This document shows, piece after piece, positions 37,490 to 48,236 of a stretch of 64,000 bases of DNA (the stretch's first letter is position 1; the number at the start of each line of letters is the position of its first letter). The notes beneath the pieces are model-generated. The model worked only from the letters and a program-made list of their open reading frames with translations, did no database searches and had not been told where the DNA came from. This DNA is from Candidatus Gottesmanbacteria bacterium (GTDB lineage: Bacteria > Patescibacteriota > Microgenomatia > JAMCYU01), in NCBI GenBank assembly GCA_043801155.1, contig JAZDMI010000028.1, forward strand, positions 35,389-99,388, in the 5' to 3' direction. The translations under genes were made by a program, and so were the position numbers.

Positions 37490-39811
37490 TTGCCAATGAA
37501 AAAGAAAAGAACTAAGAAATCTTTGCTTCGCTCACGAAAGTCCATTAAGTTTCTTACTTGGTGGCATAGTTTATCGACCAGAAAAAAAGACATTATTGGT
37601 TTAGGTCTTATCTTTTCCTTTTTCTTATTTGTCTTTTATGTTTTTATTTTAAAGGATCTTCCCCTACCCACATCATTAGCTAGTCGGGATATTCTCCAAA
37701 CAACGCAAATCTTAGACCGAAACGGCAAATTACTTTTTAATATTTATACTGACCAGGATCGAACTATTGTAAATTTAAGTGAAGTTCCTTTACAACTCCG
37801 ACAGGCAACAATTGCTATTGAGGATAAGGATTTTTACAAACATGGCAGTATTGCTTTTGAAGGGATTATTAGGGCGCTCCGGGAAATTGTTATTCATCGT
37901 CAACTCCAGGGAGGTTCAACCATTACCCAACAATTAGTTAAGTCCGCCCTTTTAACACCGGAACGAACGATTCAGCGAAAAATCAAAGAGGCAATTTTAT
38001 CTTTTTTTGTCGATAAGATTTATACCAAAGACCAAATACTAGAAATGTATTTGAATCAAGTTTCTTATGGTGGAACAGCTTGGGGTGTTGAAGCAGCTTC
38101 AAATAAGTATTTTGGTAAACTAGTTAAGGATTTAAATCTAGCTGAATGTTCGCTCCTGGCTGGTCTACCAGCTGCTCCCACATACTATTCTCCTTATGGG
38201 GCTCACCCGGAATTAGCCAAGCAAAGACAAGCAGAGGTACTGCGCCGAATGGCTGAAGATGGTTACATTTCTTCCTCTGATATTCAACAAGCAAAAAACT
38301 ATAAATTAACTTATAAACCACAGGCCGGAATTAAAGCTCCGCATTTTGTTATGTATGTTAAAGATCAGTTGGTTAAAAAATACGGCGAAAAGTTAGTTGA
38401 ACAAGGAGGTTTAAAGGTAATTACCACCCTTGATTTAGATATCCAAGAATTTGCCCAAAATACGGTCGCTACTGAAGTTGCCAGTTTAAAAGAACTTAAG
38501 GTCGGCAACGGGGCGGCGTTAGTTACCCGCCCGCCAACCGGAGAGATTTTGGCAATGGTAGGCTCTAAAGATTATTTCGGAGCGGAAGCGGAGAAAGTAG
38601 CGTCTAGCGCCAGCGACGCGTCTTTTGATGAAACCTTCCAGGGTAATTTTAATGTCACTATTGCTCATCGTCAACCAGGTTCATCGATCAAACCAATTAA
38701 TTATGCAGTCGGTTTAGCCAGCGGTAAAATTACACCAGCTTCCCTTATTTTAGACATTCCAACTTGTTTTTCTGTTTTGGGCCAATCTCTTTATTGCCCG
38801 CAAAATTATGATGGACAGTTTCATGGAGCGGTACAAATGCGTTTTGCTTTAGGTAATTCCTATAATATCCCGGCGGTTAAAACACTGGCTCTAAACGGTG
38901 TTGATCAAATGATTGCTACCGCGTCGGCTATGGGTATTACAACTTTCAAGGACCCATCACGCTATGGTTTGTCACTCACTTTAGGCGGTGGTGAAGTAAT
39001 GATGACTGATATGGCAACTGCTTTTGGCGTTTTTGCTAATACCGGTATTAAAAAAGACTTAGTATCTATCCTAAAAGTTGAAGATAATCAAAAAAAGGTG
39101 CTTGAAGAATATCAAAATCCAAATTGGCAAAAGGACCTTAAAGATCTCTCCTACCCTTCGGTTTTACAAATTGACGGGCCAAGAGTATTATCAACTGAAG
39201 TCAGTTTTCTAATTTCTCATATACTCCTTGACCAAAATGCCAGATCGGCAGCCTTTGGACAAAGTTATTTACCTATTTCCGGTAAAGCTGTTTCTGTTAA
39301 AACAGGTACCACTGATGATAAGCGTGATAACTGGACGATTGGTTTTACTCCCAATTTCTTAGTCGCTACCTGGGTTGGCAATAACAATAACCAACCGATG
39401 AATCAATGGTTAACCTCGGGCGTTACCGGTGCAGCTCCCATGTGGAATAAGATTATGACCTATATTTTGAAAAATGAACCTGATTTATGGCCCAAAAAAC
39501 CTGAAGGCGTCGTCGGAGCGACTATTTGTTCTCTATCCGGTAAATTGCCTGGTGATTCAAATTGTCCTACCCGTTTTGAATATTTTATCAATGGAACTGT
39601 ACCGCAAGAAACAGAAAATTTAAAAAGACAAATTTTAGTAGAAAAAGGTACTGACCGGCAGGCAATTTTTATGCAAAACCCTACCCAACCGCCGATGCCA
39701 ACTGATAATTTTGAAATGAAAGAAAAACAGGTACTCTCTGACTGGTTTACTCCAGAATATTGTCTCGATTGTCCCCACGGCGGCGACAGACCAGTGATTG
39801 TCAAACCATAA
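37490..39811 (+). CDS. Class A penicillin-binding protein (PBP1A family)
   Basis: EDKDFY, GGSTITQQ, RKIKE; SSIK, SYN, KTGT. Confidence 0.95.
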   Translation: MPMKKKRTKKSLLRSRKSIKFLTWWHSLSTRKKDIIGLGLIFSFFLFVFYVFILKDLPLPTSLASRDILQTTQILDRNGKLLFNIYTDQDRTIVNLSEVPLQLRQATIAIEDKDFYKHGSIAFEGIIRALREIVIHRQLQGGSTITQQLVKSALLTPERTIQRKIKEAILSFFVDKIYTKDQILEMYLNQVSYGGTAWGVEAASNKYFGKLVKDLNLAECSLLAGLPAAPTYYSPYGAHPELAKQRQAEVLRRMAEDGYISSSDIQQAKNYKLTYKPQAGIKAPHFVMYVKDQLVKKYGEKLVEQGGLKVITTLDLDIQEFAQNTVATEVASLKELKVGNGAALVTRPPTGEILAMVGSKDYFGAEAEKVASSASDASFDETFQGNFNVTIAHRQPGSSIKPINYAVGLASGKITPASLILDIPTCFSVLGQSLYCPQNYDGQFHGAVQMRFALGNSYNIPAVKTLALNGVDQMIATASAMGITTFKDPSRYGLSLTLGGGEVMMTDMATAFGVFANTGIKKDLVSILKVEDNQKKVLEEYQNPNWQKDLKDLSYPSVLQIDGPRVLSTEVSFLISHILLDQNARSAAFGQSYLPISGKAVSVKTGTTDDKRDNWTIGFTPNFLVATWVGNNNNQPMNQWLTSGVTGAAPMWNKIMTYILKNEPDLWPKKPEGVVGATICSLSGKLPGDSNCPTRFEYFINGTVPQETENLKRQILVEKGTDRQAIFMQNPTQPPMPTDNFEMKEKQVLSDWFTPEYCLDCPHGGDRPVIVKP

Positions 39812-39887
39812 AAAATTATTTTTCTTCACCCTGAGTTTACCGAAGGGTCTTCACAAAGCCAAAAACTTGTGCTAATATGCTTGCGTC

Positions 39888-42212
39888 ATGCCCAGAAAGA
39901 CGAAAATGAAGCGTCAATTACAAGATAAACCTCTTGATTTAATACTCGATAGCATCTTTATTCCTCTTATTTTTATTGCCGTTATCTTAATCAAAATTGG
40001 CAATATCCCGAGATTAATTTTAAGAATTTTGTTTCAATTTTTATTATGGTTTGGCAACTTAAATTTAAAAATATTTACCAAAATAGCTGCCTCGGTAGTT
40101 TATCTATTTCATCATCTTAAAATAAAACAGCCCCATATAAAATTGCCTTCTTTACCAAAGATTAAATTACCAAAATATACAATTCAAAAACCAACTTTAC
40201 CATCAATTATTATCCCCCCATTACCGTCTGTTTATCTTCCCGAAATCCCCTTCCCGACATTATCTCTTAAGATACGCTGGTTTATTATTGGTGTTTTTTT
40301 TACGTTAATTTTTATTTTTTTACCTTTCCAAATTTGGTCTTGGTTATCGCAACTACCCAATCCCCAGTTGTTAACTAATAGAGAGATTCCGCTTACCAGT
40401 AAAATTTTTGACCGTCATGGTACCCTACTTTATGAAATTTATACTGACCAAAATCGTACACCGGTTACTCTCGCTAATATTCCTCAAGATTTAATCAAGG
40501 CAACCATTGCCATTGAAGATAAGCAATTTTATAATCACCCGGGATTTTCTTTACGGGGTATTCTGCGGGCCGCTAAAGAAACTATTGTTAATAAAAGACT
40601 TCAGGGTGGATCAACTATTACCCAACAACTTGTAAGAAGTGCCCTCTTAACTCCTCAACCAACCTTAGAAAGAAAAATCAAAGAAATACTTTTGTCATTT
40701 TGGGCAGAAAGACTTTTTACTAAAGAGCAAATTCTCGAAATGTATTTTAATCAAGTTCCTTACGGTGGCACCAGCTGGGGAATTGAGGCCACTACAGAAA
40801 CATATTTTGGTAAATCGGTTAAGAATCTTTCCTTAGCCGAAGCGTCATTTTTGGCAGCACTACCGGCTTCTCCCAGTGTTTATTCTCCCTTTGGCACTCA
40901 TCCGGAACAGGGTTTGGCTCGGCAAAAAGAGGTTTTAAGGCTTATGCGGGAGCAAGGCTATATATCCAATGAGCAGGAAATTATGGCTCTAAACCAAAAA
41001 CTGGTTTTTCTCCCAGCTAAAACTAATATTAAGGCGCCGCATTTTGTTATGTATATCAAGGATCTATTGGAGAAAAAATATGGGACGCGAAAAGTCGCCC
41101 AGGGAGGTTTACAGGTTATTACCAGTTTAGACCTTTCAATCCAGGAAATGGCTCAAAAGATTGTTACTGATGAAATTACTAATTTGTCTTCGCTTAATGT
41201 TGGCGACGGAGCTGCCTTAATAACCGATCCAAAGTCCGGCCAAATTTTGGCTATGGTCGGCTCCAAAGATTATTTTGATCTTGATGCTGGCGGTAATGTT
41301 AATATAACTTTATCTCTTCAACAACCTGGTTCATCGATTAAGGTCGTTAACTATACCTTGGCCTTAGAAAAAGGCCTGACAGCAGCTAGTATATTAGATG
41401 ATTCACCAATAGCCTTTCAGGTGGCCAGCCAGCCAAATTATATCCCGGTTAATTATGACGGTAAATTCCATGGAAAAGTTACTTTACGGCAAGCATTGGC
41501 TAGTTCTTTTAATATTCCTGCCGTTAAAGTTTTGGCTAGTTTAGGGGTAGAAAATATGATTAATCAAGGACGGTTAATGGGCATTACTACCTGGCGGGAC
41601 ATTGACCGTTATGGTTTATCTTTAACCTTAGGCGGTGGTGATGTAACCATGCTGGATATGGCCAAGGTTTACGGAGTATTAGCTGATCAAGGAAAGAGAC
41701 AAGATATAACACCCATTTTAAAAATTACCGATTATAAAAATCAAATCTTAGAACAAGCATCACCCCAGGATGAGAATGCAGTCGTTAACCCGGGGGTGGC
41801 TTTTATCTTAGCTAATATCTTAAGCGATGATAACGCCAGGAGTGCTGCTTTTGGAACAAATTCACTCCTTAACATTCCCGGAAAATCCGTATCCGTTAAA
41901 ACCGGAACTAGTAATGACCTCCGTGATAATTGGGCGATTGGTTTTACACCATCATATGTGGTAACTACGTGGGTTGGTAATATCGATAACAGTCCGATGG
42001 GAAGGATTGCTTCGGGAATAACTGGAGCCACTCCAATCTGGCACAATATTATGGTTAATTTGCTAAAAGATAAGCCGAATGAACCAATATTGCCCCCAGA
42101 AAATGTTGTCAGAATTGATGCTTGTGGCCGAAGCGAATATTTCTTAAAAGGAACAGAAAAAAATATTAGTTGTGCACCACCACCTACTCCATCCCCCAGC
42201 CCGGTTCAATAA
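39888..42212 (+). CDS. Class A penicillin-binding protein, tandem paralog
   Basis: EDKQFY, GGSTITQQ; SSIK, SFN, KTGT. Confidence 0.95.
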   Translation: MPRKTKMKRQLQDKPLDLILDSIFIPLIFIAVILIKIGNIPRLILRILFQFLLWFGNLNLKIFTKIAASVVYLFHHLKIKQPHIKLPSLPKIKLPKYTIQKPTLPSIIIPPLPSVYLPEIPFPTLSLKIRWFIIGVFFTLIFIFLPFQIWSWLSQLPNPQLLTNREIPLTSKIFDRHGTLLYEIYTDQNRTPVTLANIPQDLIKATIAIEDKQFYNHPGFSLRGILRAAKETIVNKRLQGGSTITQQLVRSALLTPQPTLERKIKEILLSFWAERLFTKEQILEMYFNQVPYGGTSWGIEATTETYFGKSVKNLSLAEASFLAALPASPSVYSPFGTHPEQGLARQKEVLRLMREQGYISNEQEIMALNQKLVFLPAKTNIKAPHFVMYIKDLLEKKYGTRKVAQGGLQVITSLDLSIQEMAQKIVTDEITNLSSLNVGDGAALITDPKSGQILAMVGSKDYFDLDAGGNVNITLSLQQPGSSIKVVNYTLALEKGLTAASILDDSPIAFQVASQPNYIPVNYDGKFHGKVTLRQALASSFNIPAVKVLASLGVENMINQGRLMGITTWRDIDRYGLSLTLGGGDVTMLDMAKVYGVLADQGKRQDITPILKITDYKNQILEQASPQDENAVVNPGVAFILANILSDDNARSAAFGTNSLLNIPGKSVSVKTGTSNDLRDNWAIGFTPSYVVTTWVGNIDNSPMGRIASGITGATPIWHNIMVNLLKDKPNEPILPPENVVRIDACGRSEYFLKGTEKNISCAPPPTPSPSPVQ

Positions 42213-42224
42213 ATTTCCGCTATA

Positions 42225-42713
42225 TTATGTATACCGATCGGCGACTTTTGATGCGCAATAAGAATCTGGTTTTATTTGAACTTTGAACCCTGAACCTCTG
42301 ATCATGCCGACAATTTCGTTGATCATTTCTTTCGTCGGACCATATTCACCAATATCAACATGGATTTCAACATCAAAACGACTGATACCATCATTACGGG
42401 TAGCTTCTAGAAATTCATCCGCCAATGCCAGGGATAGCGTTGCTTCTTGATATATACGTTGCCGCAGGACGTAAGTCTTGTTTTCAATTTTCCTTTGCCA
42501 AAAGTAAATTCCCCCCCGTCCGATTCGATGGACAACAATTGCCGAGACAAAATCTGTCTGGCCGGTGTTTTTTCCTTGAGAATCTGAACCAATCACCAGT
42601 TGATATTTTTGTTCTGGTTCTCCCGCCATAAACTCAAGAATTCTCCTTCTGACACCTTCAAGATCCAAAACACCACAGGTTGGACTATTAAAAAACTTAC
42701 CATCTTTGCTCAT
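42225..42713 (-). CDS. RNase H-like YkuK family protein
   Basis: IGSDSQ, VVHRIGRGG, EIHVDIG, ASKVADRY. Confidence 0.88.
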   Translation of the reverse strand: MSKDGKFFNSPTCGVLDLEGVRRRILEFMAGEPEQKYQLVIGSDSQGKNTGQTDFVSAIVVHRIGRGGIYFWQRKIENKTYVLRQRIYQEATLSLALADEFLEATRNDGISRFDVEIHVDIGEYGPTKEMINEIVGMIRGSGFKVQIKPDSYCASKVADRYT

Positions 42714-42838
42714 AAAAAACTTCTCTTCGAAGGTGGCGCTATTTTATCATTTTTGAGGCTAAAAAAAAAGCTTTACAAAATCTTCCGTCAATTGACGGAA
42801 GATTTTTTCATAACAAATTGAGTATTAAAATGTTAATA

Positions 42839-43000
42839 TCAGACGCTCATGACTTTTTCTTGTGCTTCCCAATCAGTAATATCCATCTGATGCATATCCT
42901 TTACATGTTTTTTAATCATGTCTTTAACTTCATCTTCATTGTGACTTCTAACCATAAAGCCATCATTACACATTGCTTGTTTTAGACCATCTTTCATCAT
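42839..43000 (-). CDS. Small DUF1059-like metal-binding protein (53 aa, not in the ORF track)
   Basis: MMKDGLKQAMCNDGFMVRSHNEDEVKDMIKKHVKDMHQM...; SD AAGGAGGTGA. Confidence 0.65.
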   Translation of the reverse strand: MMKDGLKQAMCNDGFMVRSHNEDEVKDMIKKHVKDMHQMDITDWEAQEKVMSV

Positions 43001-43039
43001 ATATTATTCACCTCCTTTTTATTCAGAGAAAAGCTCTGC

Positions 43040-43456
43040 TTATTTAACAATGATTTCTCCTGTTTGGCTTGGCTGTAAGTGGTTGTGATAACCATAAGTT
43101 CCTGGCTTATCAAAAATTAAAGTGACGGAATTCCCATCCTCGACAATCCCCAGATTTAATGGTGGATATAATAAATGGGTTGGGTGATTATTGGAATTAA
43201 TCGATATGGCCTGACCACTAGTATTACTCCAGGTCACCTTACTTCCACTTTTAATATTTACCGTCCCCGGACTAAAGCCATCAGCAGTAGCTTTGACTAT
43301 CACCTGACTGGCGTTATTACTGGTTAGAGAAGAACCGAACGGATTAATTCGCTGGTTGTTTGCTTGGATATATCCAGATTGTTTACCTAAAATATACCAC
43401 ATAGCTAAACCAACAATGATTATGGCGAATATACCTATAATAACTTTGGTATTCAT
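43040..43456 (-). CDS. Membrane-anchored cupredoxin-domain protein
   Basis: GFSP..V.IK.G..VTW.N, HPTH, FDKPGTYGYHNH, TG.I.V. Confidence 0.8.
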   Translation of the reverse strand: MNTKVIIGIFAIIIVGLAMWYILGKQSGYIQANNQRINPFGSSLTSNNASQVIVKATADGFSPGTVNIKSGSKVTWSNTSGQAISINSNNHPTHLLYPPLNLGIVEDGNSVTLIFDKPGTYGYHNHLQPSQTGEIIVK

Positions 43457-43536
43457 ATTTTAAATCTCCTTTCTAAAAGATTTAATGATTTGTATTTTTT
43501 CATAGTCTTACAATATAATAAATGTGATAATGATGC

Positions 43537-43552
43537 TGTAATATAGATTACA
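43537..43552. promoter_or_regulatory. CRP/FNR-type palindromic site
   Basis: TGTAA-TATAGA-TTACA between the divergent cupredoxin and Crp/Fnr genes. Confidence 0.55.
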
Positions 43553-43555
43553 TAT

Positions 43556-44239
43556 ATGGATAACACGCTCAATGACAAATTAGAGAATTTTTTTTCCCAA
43601 TTTAAACAAGTTACTTTTAGCAAAGGTGAAATAATTATCCGTCCCGACAATACGCCTCAAGGCGTATATTTTATTAAGGAAGGTTATGCCCGGATGTATT
43701 CAACTTTTGCCGACGGCCGGGAATTAACTTTGAATATATTTAAACCGAGGACCTACTTTTCCATGATGTGGGCCTTGGCTGACATTGCCAATACTTATTA
43801 TTTCCAGGCCCATACGCGAGTTATCGTGCAAAAAGCACCCCAAGGTCAGGTTAAAGAATTTTTACAGGCTAATCCTGATATTCTTTTTAATCTGACTAAA
43901 CGGATTCTGGTTGGTCTTGATGGAATTTTAACCAATATTGAATATCTGCTGTCCGGCCAGGCCGCTCATCGGGTAATGGCGGCTTTGTTTCTCTCGGCTA
44001 AACGTTTTGGCCAGCCAAAAGAAAATAACGAAGTCATTATTAATTTGCCACTAACCCATCAGGATATTGCCAATTTGGCCGGACTGACCCGGGAAACAAC
44101 CAGTATTGAAATGGGTAAGTTAACCAAGAAAAAACTTATTTCTTATAACAAGCGATTAATAATTATTAATGATATTGCCAAACTAGAAGCGGAAATCATT
44201 ATTTATAAGAATGACCATTCCCTTCCCTATACTCTTTAA
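43556..44239 (+). CDS. Crp/Fnr family transcriptional regulator
   Basis: cNMP-binding barrel plus LTHQDIANLAGLTRETTS HTH. Confidence 0.93.
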   Translation: MDNTLNDKLENFFSQFKQVTFSKGEIIIRPDNTPQGVYFIKEGYARMYSTFADGRELTLNIFKPRTYFSMMWALADIANTYYFQAHTRVIVQKAPQGQVKEFLQANPDILFNLTKRILVGLDGILTNIEYLLSGQAAHRVMAALFLSAKRFGQPKENNEVIINLPLTHQDIANLAGLTRETTSIEMGKLTKKKLISYNKRLIIINDIAKLEAEIIIYKNDHSLPYTL

Positions 44240-44241
44240 TT

Positions 44242-45027
44242 ATGAACTTTTTACAAGCCGCCATTTTAGGCATAGTCGAGGGTTTAACCGAATATTTACC
44301 GATTTCTTCAACCTTTCATTTAATTTGGACTGCTAAACTTCTAAGGATAACGCAAACAGATTTTCAAAAAACCTTTGAAATCATCATCCAATCTGGAGCG
44401 ATAATGGCTGTTTTAGTTCTCTATCTAAAAACCATACTTCGGGATTTTAATTTAATTAAAAAGCTAGTTGTGTCGTTTTTCCCGACCGCCATTATTGGTC
44501 TAATCTTATATAAAGTTATTAAAAACGTCTTTTTTGAGAGTTTTTTTGTTCAGATTGCTATTTTTGCTTTAGTCGGGCTTTTATTTATTGTCCTAGAAAA
44601 AATCTGGGCTAAAAAACAATTTTTTAGATTAGCCAATCAAATAAGTTATCCCGAGGCTCTGATGATAGGATTAGCTCAAGCCTTGGCTGTTTTTCCCGGG
44701 GTTTCTCGAGCCGGAGCGGTTATTTTAAGTTTAATGTTTTTGGGTGTTAAAAGGGATGAAGCGGCTAAATACTCATTCTTATTGGCTGTTCCCACCCTGC
44801 TTTCTGCTTCTGCCCTGGATTTAGTTAAATCCAGATCAATTCTTCTGCAACAAGCAAACAACATTCCTTTATTATTGGTTGGATTTATGGCGTCATTTGT
44901 GAGTGCTTTAATCGTGGTTAGGTGGTTTATTAATTATCTGCAAAACAATAAGCTATCTTCTTTTGGATGGTATCGACTTATAGTGGTCACCATTCTTATT
45001 GGCCTTTTGATAAGTAACTTAATATAG
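44242..45027 (+). CDS. uppP: Undecaprenyl-diphosphate phosphatase
   Basis: GIVEGLTEYLPISSTFH, PGVSRAG, YSFLLA. Confidence 0.93.
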   Translation: MNFLQAAILGIVEGLTEYLPISSTFHLIWTAKLLRITQTDFQKTFEIIIQSGAIMAVLVLYLKTILRDFNLIKKLVVSFFPTAIIGLILYKVIKNVFFESFFVQIAIFALVGLLFIVLEKIWAKKQFFRLANQISYPEALMIGLAQALAVFPGVSRAGAVILSLMFLGVKRDEAAKYSFLLAVPTLLSASALDLVKSRSILLQQANNIPLLLVGFMASFVSALIVVRWFINYLQNNKLSSFGWYRLIVVTILIGLLISNLI

Positions 45028-45066
45028 AAATAAATTTCGTTCATTTCTATTGAGAACTTGGATATC

Positions 45067-45840
45067 TTAAACATTAGCTTGCTTGGTCGCTTTGATCACT
45101 AATCTAGTATGAGGATATTGCATGTATCTTGCATATTCTGACGGATCGATATCTTTTGCCTCCGGCGGTAAATTTAATTCCTCAAGCGCCTCCAGCTTAA
45201 AACCAGTATTTTCTACTGCTTTGGTAAAATCTTCCAGCCTGCGGTAATAATTTGGGCCATCTCCACCCCAAGGAAAATGGACAGTAAAGACGCCAGGTTC
45301 TTTTAACCCGCTGGTTGCCTGCATTTTGTCCGGATGAGTAGTGATAAAGAAAAAAGTGCCTCCCGGTTTTAACCATTTATAAGTATTCTCCATCGCTTTG
45401 GTTAATTGCTCGGGATCCAGGAATTCTAAAACCATATTAGAAATTGCTAAATCGAATTTTTCTTGGGGTAACTTTACTTGAGTGATATCTCCGGTGATAA
45501 AAGTAGCTTCGGGAATATTTTTTCTGGCAATTTCGGCTTGATCCGGGCTTATTTCCACGCCGGTAAAACTTTTTGCCGGTATTCCTTTACTCATCAAAAA
45601 TTGTTCAACTCGGCCGCTGGCACATCCTAAATCTAATATTTTCAGTTCCTTTTGATGATAAAATTCTGTTAAGTGGCGGTCATAAGCTGGAATACCTAAG
45701 GTTACCCACCAAACTAATTGGGGGGCTTGATCAGCAAATGGTTTGGCCTCGCGGTCATAAAGCTTACCCATGTCACCCAATTGTTTATCATTGGCGTTTT
45801 CTGTCATTGTCATATCTGCTCCTTTGCTCTTTTTAATCAT
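45067..45840 (-). CDS. Class I SAM-dependent methyltransferase
   Basis: ILDLGCASG, GVEIS, FDL, LKPGG. Confidence 0.88.
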   Translation of the reverse strand: MIKKSKGADMTMTENANDKQLGDMGKLYDREAKPFADQAPQLVWWVTLGIPAYDRHLTEFYHQKELKILDLGCASGRVEQFLMSKGIPAKSFTGVEISPDQAEIARKNIPEATFITGDITQVKLPQEKFDLAISNMVLEFLDPEQLTKAMENTYKWLKPGGTFFFITTHPDKMQATSGLKEPGVFTVHFPWGGDGPNYYRRLEDFTKAVENTGFKLEALEELNLPPEAKDIDPSEYARYMQYPHTRLVIKATKQANV

Positions 45841-45965
45841 TTTCGTGATGGTAATGTTATCTTACAAATCAACTGGTGTCAATTAATTAGTTTTAACTAT
45901 AAAAAGGCTCAAGAAGTGGGATGGTTTTGACTAATTCGCCAGCTACTGTATAATTTCGATAGATT

Positions 45966-46712
45966 ATGAGTGAACTAAATCCTGAATACGAAGATCAATT
46001 AATAGAAAATAAGCGACTTGCCAGTTGGGAACGTGAACAAATGATGGAGAATTATTTACCATATAATTTCTACGGAAGAAGTTATGGAGATTATGAAAAC
46101 TCAATTGGACTCTCTACAGGCCTAATCGGTACATTTATTGATGGCTTACCTTCAGAAAGGAGATTCGCTTTAGACGTAGGAGCAGATACAAGTGCATTAA
46201 GAAAAGTAAATATTGCCGGAGTTGCTATAGGATTATTTGACCCTCGAAGTTATCAAAGAAGAAATCTTGTAGATGATGATCTAAAAGCAAATCGACATAT
46301 GATTGTAGCTGATGTTTTAAGTTCTTTAACCTGGATAGAACTTGAATCCAAGATGCAAAAGTTTGGATTTGCCGAAGGATTCCCTCTGGTTACCATGGTA
46401 CCCGAATGTGGTTTGCGTCAGCTGACTCAAAATCCCCGTATCCATTTTGACCTTCTGAACAGACTTTGGTCAGTACTAAATCCATTACAAGGTCTAATGG
46501 TTGTTGAACTGGAAGAAAAAGCAGTCCTATCACCATCAGACAATTCAAATTTATTTAAACTACCAATTTTTGAGATAATAAAACAAAATAAGTGGAATAG
46601 CGTACTAAAAGAACATGGTATAGATGGACAACTGGTCAAGGGTGGTTTTATTTTAGAACGCTCACGTCAATCTCCTGACACTCTTCCCAGCATCCCAAAT
46701 TTGACAAGATAG
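45966..46712 (+). CDS. Hypothetical protein, possibly a divergent methyltransferase fold
   Basis: ALDVGA, ADV, L..LWS.LNP..G pattern. Confidence 0.6.
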   Translation: MSELNPEYEDQLIENKRLASWEREQMMENYLPYNFYGRSYGDYENSIGLSTGLIGTFIDGLPSERRFALDVGADTSALRKVNIAGVAIGLFDPRSYQRRNLVDDDLKANRHMIVADVLSSLTWIELESKMQKFGFAEGFPLVTMVPECGLRQLTQNPRIHFDLLNRLWSVLNPLQGLMVVELEEKAVLSPSDNSNLFKLPIFEIIKQNKWNSVLKEHGIDGQLVKGGFILERSRQSPDTLPSIPNLTR

Positions 46713-46778
46713 TCTATTTTTTTGTAAGTAAAAGGGGTTCAATTGTTGCTCCCCCTCTTGGACCGACGTCAGAATCTA

Positions 46779-47147
46779 TTATTTTACATGTGTACCAATT
46801 TTTCGCCAACCAACAATCAGGGGTAAAACAAAAGTTAGAATATAATATAAATAGACATCTAATTTATAATATCCGTCGGCTGGCTTGAATAGTTTAACTA
46901 ACAATAAGTAATCAAGAATTATAGCAATAAAAGTCCAAGCAACTGCAATTTTAAAAAAGTTAACCAATGAACCACTTTCTACCTTTTTAAATAAAACAAA
47001 AAGCGTAATAATTGTGCCTATTGGCATAATGACCCAGCCGATTATTGATGAAGGAACAAACGGAAATAATATTATGCCCAAGGTATAACCAATGAGCCAT
47101 AAAAGGAATCCCCAACCGACTGCATCCCTAAATAATTGTTTTGTCAT
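46779..47147 (-). CDS. Hypothetical membrane protein
   Basis: 122 aa, 4 TM. Confidence 0.7.
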   Translation of the reverse strand: MTKQLFRDAVGWGFLLWLIGYTLGIILFPFVPSSIIGWVIMPIGTIITLFVLFKKVESGSLVNFFKIAVAWTFIAIILDYLLLVKLFKPADGYYKLDVYLYYILTFVLPLIVGWRKIGTHVK

Positions 47148-47162
47148 AATTCTGAATCAGCA

Positions 47163-47996
47163 TTATCGCGGAATAGTTCCCATTGATTTTTGCAGGGAAA
47201 TACTAGCTATAAGAAGTGAAAGTCTATTGGAAGTATCCTTTCTTTGTGCGTGAGGTAAGGCTTGCAAGGCTCTTTCCATAACTGGATACCATGACGGATC
47301 GCTACTTAAAGATATTGCCCAGTATTTAAATAAATGGGCTGCGTCTTCAATGTCTTTAGGTCTTCTTCTATGAGGAAACCAGTCGGAAAGTTTCTGGACA
47401 AACAAAATCGCTGGATGGACTGTCGCAACAGTGTGCGGATTGCCGTGTTCGTCTCCGAACTTAACCTGATAGGCAGTATCTATTAAGAACTGCCTGTCAA
47501 GATACATACCAACCCAATATTTTTGCGGGGTAACCGTATCAACTCCAAGTTTTCGGTAATCTGGTGACGGATCTAAACTAACTATATCTAAATCATGATG
47601 GTGGCGTTTAAAACCGGTAATCAACTCAATGGCTACTCCCGATGTTAATAGGTACCGCATATTCCCTTTATTATCAACTTGTGGAAGCCTGGCTATGAAT
47701 TCTAATAACCCATTGATGTCTCCCTTGACTAACTCAACCTCTGGAAATATATTTATTATTTCCGGCTTCTTGGGAAGAAAATTGATTATATTATCTAAGT
47801 TATTTTTATTAATTTGCGGTAATATCTTTTCCCACAAACTATGTTCATTAATTTGATTAAACAGTATCTTCTTATCCTTTATAATAGGAATATCCAAAAG
47901 AGGCTTTTTGTTAAAAAAATTTAATTCATTATCTTTGAACTTAGAAATAATTATTTTGGGGTTTAACTTTTCTGTGAAAAGATCATCTTCTCCCAT
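47163..47996 (-). CDS. Putative nucleotidyltransferase-fold protein
   Basis: LTSGVAIE...R.HHDLDIV and RPKDIEDA motifs. Confidence 0.55.
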   Translation of the reverse strand: MGEDDLFTEKLNPKIIISKFKDNELNFFNKKPLLDIPIIKDKKILFNQINEHSLWEKILPQINKNNLDNIINFLPKKPEIINIFPEVELVKGDINGLLEFIARLPQVDNKGNMRYLLTSGVAIELITGFKRHHHDLDIVSLDPSPDYRKLGVDTVTPQKYWVGMYLDRQFLIDTAYQVKFGDEHGNPHTVATVHPAILFVQKLSDWFPHRRRPKDIEDAAHLFKYWAISLSSDPSWYPVMERALQALPHAQRKDTSNRLSLLIASISLQKSMGTIPR

Positions 47997-48236
47997 AAAG
48001 CGTATTATATCAAAAAAGAAAAAATCAGAAGATTTCTCTCAAGAAGGCTTCCCGGTCTTAATTCGATTATTAAGCTACTTAACCTGATTTTATCAAAACA
48101 TATCCGATCAATCAAAGTATAAAACCCCAAATCAAGGTGTCCTAATTACATGAAAAATTTATTTGCTCGCTCTCTGGGACGACCCGTGATAGTTAATCTA
48201 ACCATTTTTGAATGACTAACTATTCTTTCTAATCTT

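Noticed and set aside
37490-42212. Tandem class A PBP duplication as a novelty
   Set aside because: Both are intact, diverged and ordinary; multiple class A PBPs are common.
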